Shown here: one piece after another, positions 57,230-64,000 of the stretch
Layout of the letters: each line of letters opens with the position of its first letter
How positions within the stretch are numbered: the stretch's first letter is position 1
From: Piromyces finnis finn
Lineage: Eukaryota > Fungi > Neocallimastigomycota
Assembly: GCA_002104945.1 (NCBI GenBank)
Contig: MCFH01000004.1
Coordinates: 620,001 to 684,000, forward strand
Direction of reading: 5' to 3'
DNA: 64,000 bases
Program-made: the position numbers and the translations under genes
The notes under the pieces: generated by a model
What the model was told of the DNA's origin: nothing
Seen by the model: only the letters and a program-made list of their open reading frames with translations
Databases searched by the model: none

Positions 57230-59209
57230 ATGAAAATAAGTAGTATGTCATCTCCACCAGCAGCTGCAAATTTATTAGGTCAGCCATCTCAACCTTCCCT
57301 TAGTTCAGATTTATTAGGGGGTGGTGATTTCCAAAGACCAGCTTCTGATATCTTAGTCGGTTCAGCTATGGCCAGCGGTCAACAAGCTGCTCGTACTACT
57401 TTTGGATTACAAGCCGGTAGACCGGCTTCTGAAGTTATTAATAAAAACACCAAATCCCCAGAAGCAGATGCTATTGATAGGTAATAAAAATTTTATTTTA
57501 TTTATATAAAGTATCATTGAAGAAAAAATAAATAGAAAGTCGGAAAAATTATTTTATAGGATAAAGTTTTTTTTTTTTAGTATTTAATTGTAAAAGTATA
57601 TACCTATGAAAAAAGAGATAGTACAAACAAACAAACAAACAAAAAAAAAAAAGTAGAAAACAATGTTTTGTTTTTATTTTACTAGATAATTTGAATAAGC
57701 AAAACTTTATCCCCATAGTTTTAAAAAGATGTATTTTTTTTCAATAATTATTAAAATTTTATAATTTTATGATTTAATAATATAATAGACTTTATGAAGA
57801 TTTAAATTACTACGAAAAAACCTTAGAAGAAATGGCTGCAGCTAAGCTTGATGATAATTTCAGAGAAGAATTAAAAGCTATTGAACAATGGTTCAGTGTT
57901 TTATCAAACTGTGAAAGAACAACTGCATTATATTCATTATTACAACAAGCAACTCCAGTTCAAATTAGATTCTTTATTACCGTTTTACAACAAATGGCTC
58001 AAAAGGAAACTCCAGGAAATGTCGATAAAGGTCATGATCGTGATTACTTATATCCACCAAAGAGTCCAGGTGTCAATGGAAGAAAATTCTATCCAAGACA
58101 TTCTGCTCCAATTGATGATAGCCAATTCAAAAAGATGAATGATGATGGTATCTATCATCATCCACACCATGATGATAATCGTGGTTATATGGGTAACAGA
58201 CGTGGAAGTACTCACTCATTAAAGGGAAAGGATGAAATGATGAAACAAAAATTAGATTTAGAAATGACTGGTATGAATAACGCTCAAGGATGGGCTTTAA
58301 ATAACTATGTTAATAATCAAAACAATTTAAGAGAAAGAACTAGTAGTTTACAACAACAACAACAACACCATAATAATCACAAGAATTCTACTCATATAAA
58401 TACAAAGAGAAGTTTCAATAAAATGAATTCACCAAAATCTCCTGCTTTCCCAAAACCATTATCTCCATTGATTACTAAGAATAATGGTAATGATAAGAAC
58501 ATGCCACCAGTTTCTCCAGGTGGTAGTAACAAGTGGGGTTCTTCTTCTAACAGAGGTGGTTATGCCCACTCTGAATATAGTGATGTTGATGATGATGCTA
58601 ATAGTAGAAGAGGAGGAAGTCAATACCATCGTGCCGGTAGTACTGCTGGTAGTACTACTGCTGGTTCAGTCTCTGGTAAGGATAAGGGAAAGATTCCAGA
58701 CAAGATTGAACTTGAATTATTAGAAGGTAATGAATTTACTTGAAAAAAGTATTCATATAAAATTATTGAAATAATCCATTGATTTTAATAAAAATAAAAA
58801 GCGTGTTTTTTTTTTAGTTTACCATTTTTTAATAGGAAATAATAAATTTACATAATTTTATTTTTTTAATTATAAAATATTAAACCTTACATAAAAAATA
58901 GATATTCCAACTTGGTTAAGAAGCTTAAGATTACATAAATACACTCCTATTTTCGAAAGTATGTCATGGAAGGAAATTGTTATTTTAAATGACGATGAAT
59001 TGACTCAAAAGGGTGTTGCTGCTCTTGGTGCTAGAAGAAAGTTATTAAAGGTATTTGCTATGGTTCAAGAAGAAGCTAAAAAACAAAATATTGAACTTCC
59101 AAAGCCAAAGGCTCCAGAAATTCCACCAGAAACTAAGGAAAGTCCAGATGAAGACAAATTAAGTGAAACTGAAACCAACAAAGAAGCAACATCTGAAAAC
59201 TCCAATTAA
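57230..59209 (+). CDS. VTS1: Vts1/Smaug-family SAM-domain RNA-binding protein, about 498 aa
   Basis: Exons 57230-57480, 57789-58726, 58902-59209 are in phase. [20 protein letters not shown]...[12 protein letters not shown] block and SAM domain [15 protein letters not shown]...[15 protein letters not shown]. Confidence 0.93.
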
Positions 59210-60828
59210 GCATTCACTGAATAAATTGTTTTTACTCTAAATTAAATACATTTTTATTTCTTTAAAAATCTTTTTTTTTTTTTTTTCTAGAAGAAAAAAA
59301 AAATAAAGTTACTACTACTTCATTAATTAATATACATTTTTTTTATAAAGTAGAAGAAAAAATTTTTTTAAAGTATATACTCTATATATAACAATATAAA
59401 TGATAAAAAAAATATTCTCAAAAAAACTTTTTCTTTACTTCGTATATAAATATTAAATTATAAATAATTGAATAAATAAAATAATATATAATAATATCAT
59501 AATAAATAAAATAAAAAAAAAAAAAAATAAATATAAAAATATATTTAAAAAAAAAAACTTCAATATTTAATTATTATGATGTTTAAAAATAGAATACTTC
59601 GAAAAAAAAAAAAAAAAAAAAACATGAAATTTCATATGGTAATTATAGAAAGGAAAAAAGAAAATAAAAGAAAGGAAATTCATTAACACGCTAGTCTATA
59701 AAGGTTTATACTAGAACGATTTAAACCAAGATTGAATCAATTCAAATTAAAAAAAAAAAAAGATACATCAACAACACTAAAAAAAAAAAAAACCAAATAA
59801 AAATCAAGAAATTTAAAATAATCAAGTCTGATAAAAAAAAAACAAATCTTTAATAATGAGCAATAAATGAATAAACAATAAATTATAATACCAATACCAA
59901 TAAATATATATGTCATGTTATTTTTGTAGTAGTATAATAGTAGTTGTAGTAACAATCACAACCACACCAAAAATAATAATAATAATAACAATAATAATAA
60001 TTTTTAATTATAAAAAAAAAAAAAAGTCATCTATTTTAATTTAATATAATAATTCTTAAAATGTTGTAGGTCTATTATTTTACTTGACGCAACAATTCTC
60101 AATTAATAAATATATATTTTTTTGTTGCAAAAAAAAAAAAAAAAATCTTTTTCATTTTTCATATCAATAATTTATATATTATTTAGTAGATATGGAAAAA
60201 ATAAAAAAAAAAAAAAAAAAAGTCATATATAAAATTTATACATACATACAAACCTTTATTTTTTTTTAATATAATTTTAAATACAGTATAAATATATATA
60301 TATATATAAAATAATAAGAATAATAATAATAATAATTTAATTTTAATAATAATTCTATAAAAGATCTATAGAAACTTTTAAACAACATTTTATTTTGATA
60401 TAAAGAGTAAAGATCCAACTAATAATAATAATAATAATAAAAAGTACCAACCTTTAATATCATCATCATCATCAACATCTTTGGTAGAAACTTTTTTTTT
60501 TATAAAAGTAAAAAGACACATCTTATTCTTTATATCATTATAAATTTAATATTAATTTATTAATTATAATCCTATAATATAATAATGTAAGAGTTTATTT
60601 ATATTTATATGTAAAGGTATGTAGTTGATAACAAGATAAATCAAAAAAAAAAAAAAAAAAAAAATCCGTTGAATATATTTATCTTTATTATACTCTTTTA
60701 AGATATTAGTAAATAATAGAGTATTTTTTTTTTTTTTTATGGTAACTAGTTTTATATTTTTAAATAATTCATTATAATAGGTTCAACAATATTCTATAAT
60801 TTTTATTAATAAATGAATAAATAAAAAG

Positions 60829-60863
<35 letters not shown>

Positions 60864-61869
60864 AGATAGCAACGTATGCTATTCTATCATCTGCTTATTC
60901 TTCTTTTTTTTTTTCAATTATAAACTTTTATTGATGATTTTATGTGACTTTTTGGAAAGGTTTAAAATTTTTGATTAATTAAATAAATCTTAAATTTATG
61001 CAATTTCAACATAAATTTTAATTAAGTGTTTAGTTTAAACAAAGTAAATAAAAACATATAAAAAATATATTTTTTTTTTATTTTTATTTTTTTACTTTAA
61101 TATTTTACCTCTTTTTTACTTGAAACATTTTTATTTTATTTTATTTTTCTTCTTCTTCTCTCTATAGTTTAGGTGAATATTCAATTCGACTATAAAATTT
61201 AGAATAATTTTTATGATAATTGAATAAATAAATAAAAAAAAAAAAAGTGGGAACCTTTTCAATAATACTAAACAAGAATAACAACAACTATTTCTATACA
61301 TCAAATTGTGCTATACATATAATAAATATATAGAGGGTTTAGTAGAAAAAAAAAAATTCATTTAGTAGAAAATTATGTAAATGAATACCTAATTTATTTA
61401 TAAAAACAATGCCATTTTTTATAAATAAAAAACTTTACATACTATACTTTCTTTTGTAATTTATAACAATAATAACGACAACGACAACAACAACAACAAA
61501 ATAATGAAATTATAAATTATAAAAAAAATAAAAGAAATGAATAATTTATTATTAAAAGGTCACTCTATAATATTATATATCAGGGTCCATCATAAAAATA
61601 ATAAAAATAATGCAAGACAAAATGGATTAATAATCATTTAAAAAAAAAAAAACTTGAAATTCTAAAATCATATTATTATTTATATTTATATATACATATA
61701 TTTATATTTATTCATTCATAATAAATAATTGGATAATAAACAAAAAATAATATATATATAATAATGTGCCTTTAATTAAAATTATTTCCTTATTAACTTT
61801 CTTTTTTTATTTTATATATTATTTTATTGACAATATTTATTCATTCATAATAATAGTAAATAATACAAT

Positions 61870-62109
61870 ATGGATGTCCCAACATCAGAAATTTTAACAA
61901 GAAATTTAAATAAAACAAGACATAATGAAGTAAATATGGATTTTCTTTTATATTTAATGATTTTATATAAATTGAACCTTTTTTTTTTTTGAAATGTTCC
62001 TTTCAATATTAACAAGATTGTGTAAAGATTTAGAGTTGTTTCATTTTAAGTAGAATAACAACCTCAACAACTTTTTTTTATATATAGTTTGAATTTAATA
62101 CAAGCATAC

Positions 62110-62149
<40 letters not shown>

Positions 62150-62625
62150 AATAGCAATGAAATATTAAATATTTGTTATATTAAAAATATTTACTTTTTA
62201 TTTCTTTATTTCTTTAGAAAAATATTAAAAAAAAAAATTAATATTTTTATAGCATAAATATCAAAAAAAGTAGAATTAATATATTATAGGAAAATATATA
62301 AATTTCTTTTAATTTTAAAATAAAATAATAATTCAAATTTATAGTTTATATGAATTAAACGTAATATGAATGAAGGAAAAAAATTTAAAGATTTTAAAAA
62401 CAAGAACTTTTTTTTTTTTAATAATATAATGGGTTTAACTCAATAAAGTCTATATTCTAAATTTTTTATTAACCTCTTATGTATATATATAGGTTAGTTT
62501 AAATGCTTTCAACTTTTTATTCTCTGAAATGATTCAGTATTCTCAACAAAGAGTTAGTGGTACAGTTCAAGAATTAGAAAAAAAGTTTGTATAATATTTT
62601 TATTTTATAAAATAAAGTAAAATAA

Positions 62626-62656
<31 letters not shown>

Positions 62657-63494
62657 GTACTTACTATATATATACATTATTTTATCTTTGTACTATTTTT
62701 ATCATAAATAATGATAAAGGTTAAGTGATTTTGGATATAGAGTTGGTATTAGAGTTGTCGAACTTTTAAATTGGAGAGAAAAGAATGGTAAAAGAGAAAT
62801 CAAAATACTACAAAATTTATACTTTATTCATACCAATGTTTGGAAAATGTTATTTGGTAAACAAGCCGATTCTTTAGAAAAGCATACTGAAAAAGAAGAT
62901 GAATGTAAGTATAGAAAAAGGGGAGGATAAAAAAAAAAAAGATAAATAGTCTTTACTATTATTATTATTTCTCTTTTCCTTTACTCATTTTATTTTATTA
63001 TTCATCATAAATAAATAAAAAAAAAGTTATTTTATTTTTAAATAACAATACTAATTTAAGCCTATATATATAATTATATTTTTTAATAATAAAAGACATG
63101 ATTTCTGATAATGAACCAATTATTACTAAATATATCTCTGTTCCAAAGGATTATCATTCTTTAGCCTGTGGTGCTTTCTTAGCTGGTATTGTTGAAGCTA
63201 TTTTAGATGGTGCTCAATTAGTAAATATCTTTTTTTTTTTAATATTATAATTTTTAGGTTTAACAAAATTATAAAGAATAAAAAAAAATATATATAAAAA
63301 AAAAAAAAAAAGGGAGGGGGAATCATTTTTATTTATTTCATTGTTATATATACTTTTTATTTACTTTTTATTTATTTATTTAGCCTGCAAAAGTTGAAGC
63401 TTTTGCTAATCCACAAGAAGGTTTCCCAACTAAAACTACAATTGTTATTAACTTTGATCAATCCGTTATTGATAGAGAAAAGTTATTCCAATAA
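61870..63494 (+). CDS. TRS31: TRAPP complex subunit Trs31 (TRAPPC5)
   Basis: Five exons: ...RNLNKTRHNE|VSLNAFNFLFSEMIQYSQQRV...|LSDFGYRVGIR...VWKMLFGKQADSLEK...|YMISDNEP..TKYISVPKD...CGAFLAGIVEAILDG...|PAKV...KTTIVINFD. Confidence 0.93.
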
Positions 63495-63699
63495 ATTCTT
63501 TTATTTTTTTGTTATTAAAAAAAAAGAAAAAAAAAAATTCATAAACAACAATCCTGTAACAATCATTAACTACATGAACAACCAAATCATCTTAATCATA
63601 TTATTAAATATATACTTTTTTTTTTTTTTTAATTAATGATAAACCTTAATACCTTATAATATTTATGTATATAGATTAAGAATAATAATAATAAAAATA

Positions 63700-63733
<34 letters not shown>

Positions 63734-64000
63734 AAATAAATAAATAACAATATATATATATAAAAAAAAATAGTTTACTCATTCATTCATTTTAATAAAC
63801 TATTATAAAGAATTGTAAATTCATTATATTATTATTTTATATTATATATTTTTATTTTTTATTATTACTTTTTTTTTATTTATGTGCTTGAAAGAAAAAA
63901 AATTTTTTTTTTCTTTTTCTTAGTTTTTGTTGAATAAAAATTTCCTTTTTTCTTTTTTTTCCTTTTTTTTTTTTTTTACTATTATTTTTATATTTAAAGA

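Overview
Very AT-rich, intron-rich eukaryotic DNA with long homopolymer runs. Composition and gene content point to a fungus, most likely an anaerobic gut fungus (Neocallimastigomycota); this is inference. I reconstructed ten spliced genes by hand: two tandem NDR/Cbk1-family kinases, an ASNSD1-type protein, a small uncharacterised protein, proteasome alpha4 (PRE6), an F-box/LRR protein, FCF2, a very long Met30/SconB-type F-box/WD40 protein, an Osh6/7-type lipid exchanger, VTS1 and TRS31 (eleven loci counting both kinases). Two non-coding systems stand out. (1) A minus-strand cluster of four snoRNAs at 1.3-2.1 kb, with guides matching 18S Cm1007, 18S Psi759, 25S Cm2948 and 25S Am2946 (yeast numbering recalled, not computed), separated by back-to-back AG|GT sites. 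(2) A complete 5.8-kb non-LTR retrotransposon (28188-33965) with a 15-bp target-site duplication, a poly(A) tail and a single 1514-codon frame broken by one stop. Its 5' end is a stack of structured repeats that all restart at the same nucleotide. That 5' module matches no ribozyme or riboswitch class I can recognise and is the best candidate for something undescribed. All structures, exon models and family calls are by eye; no searches were run.
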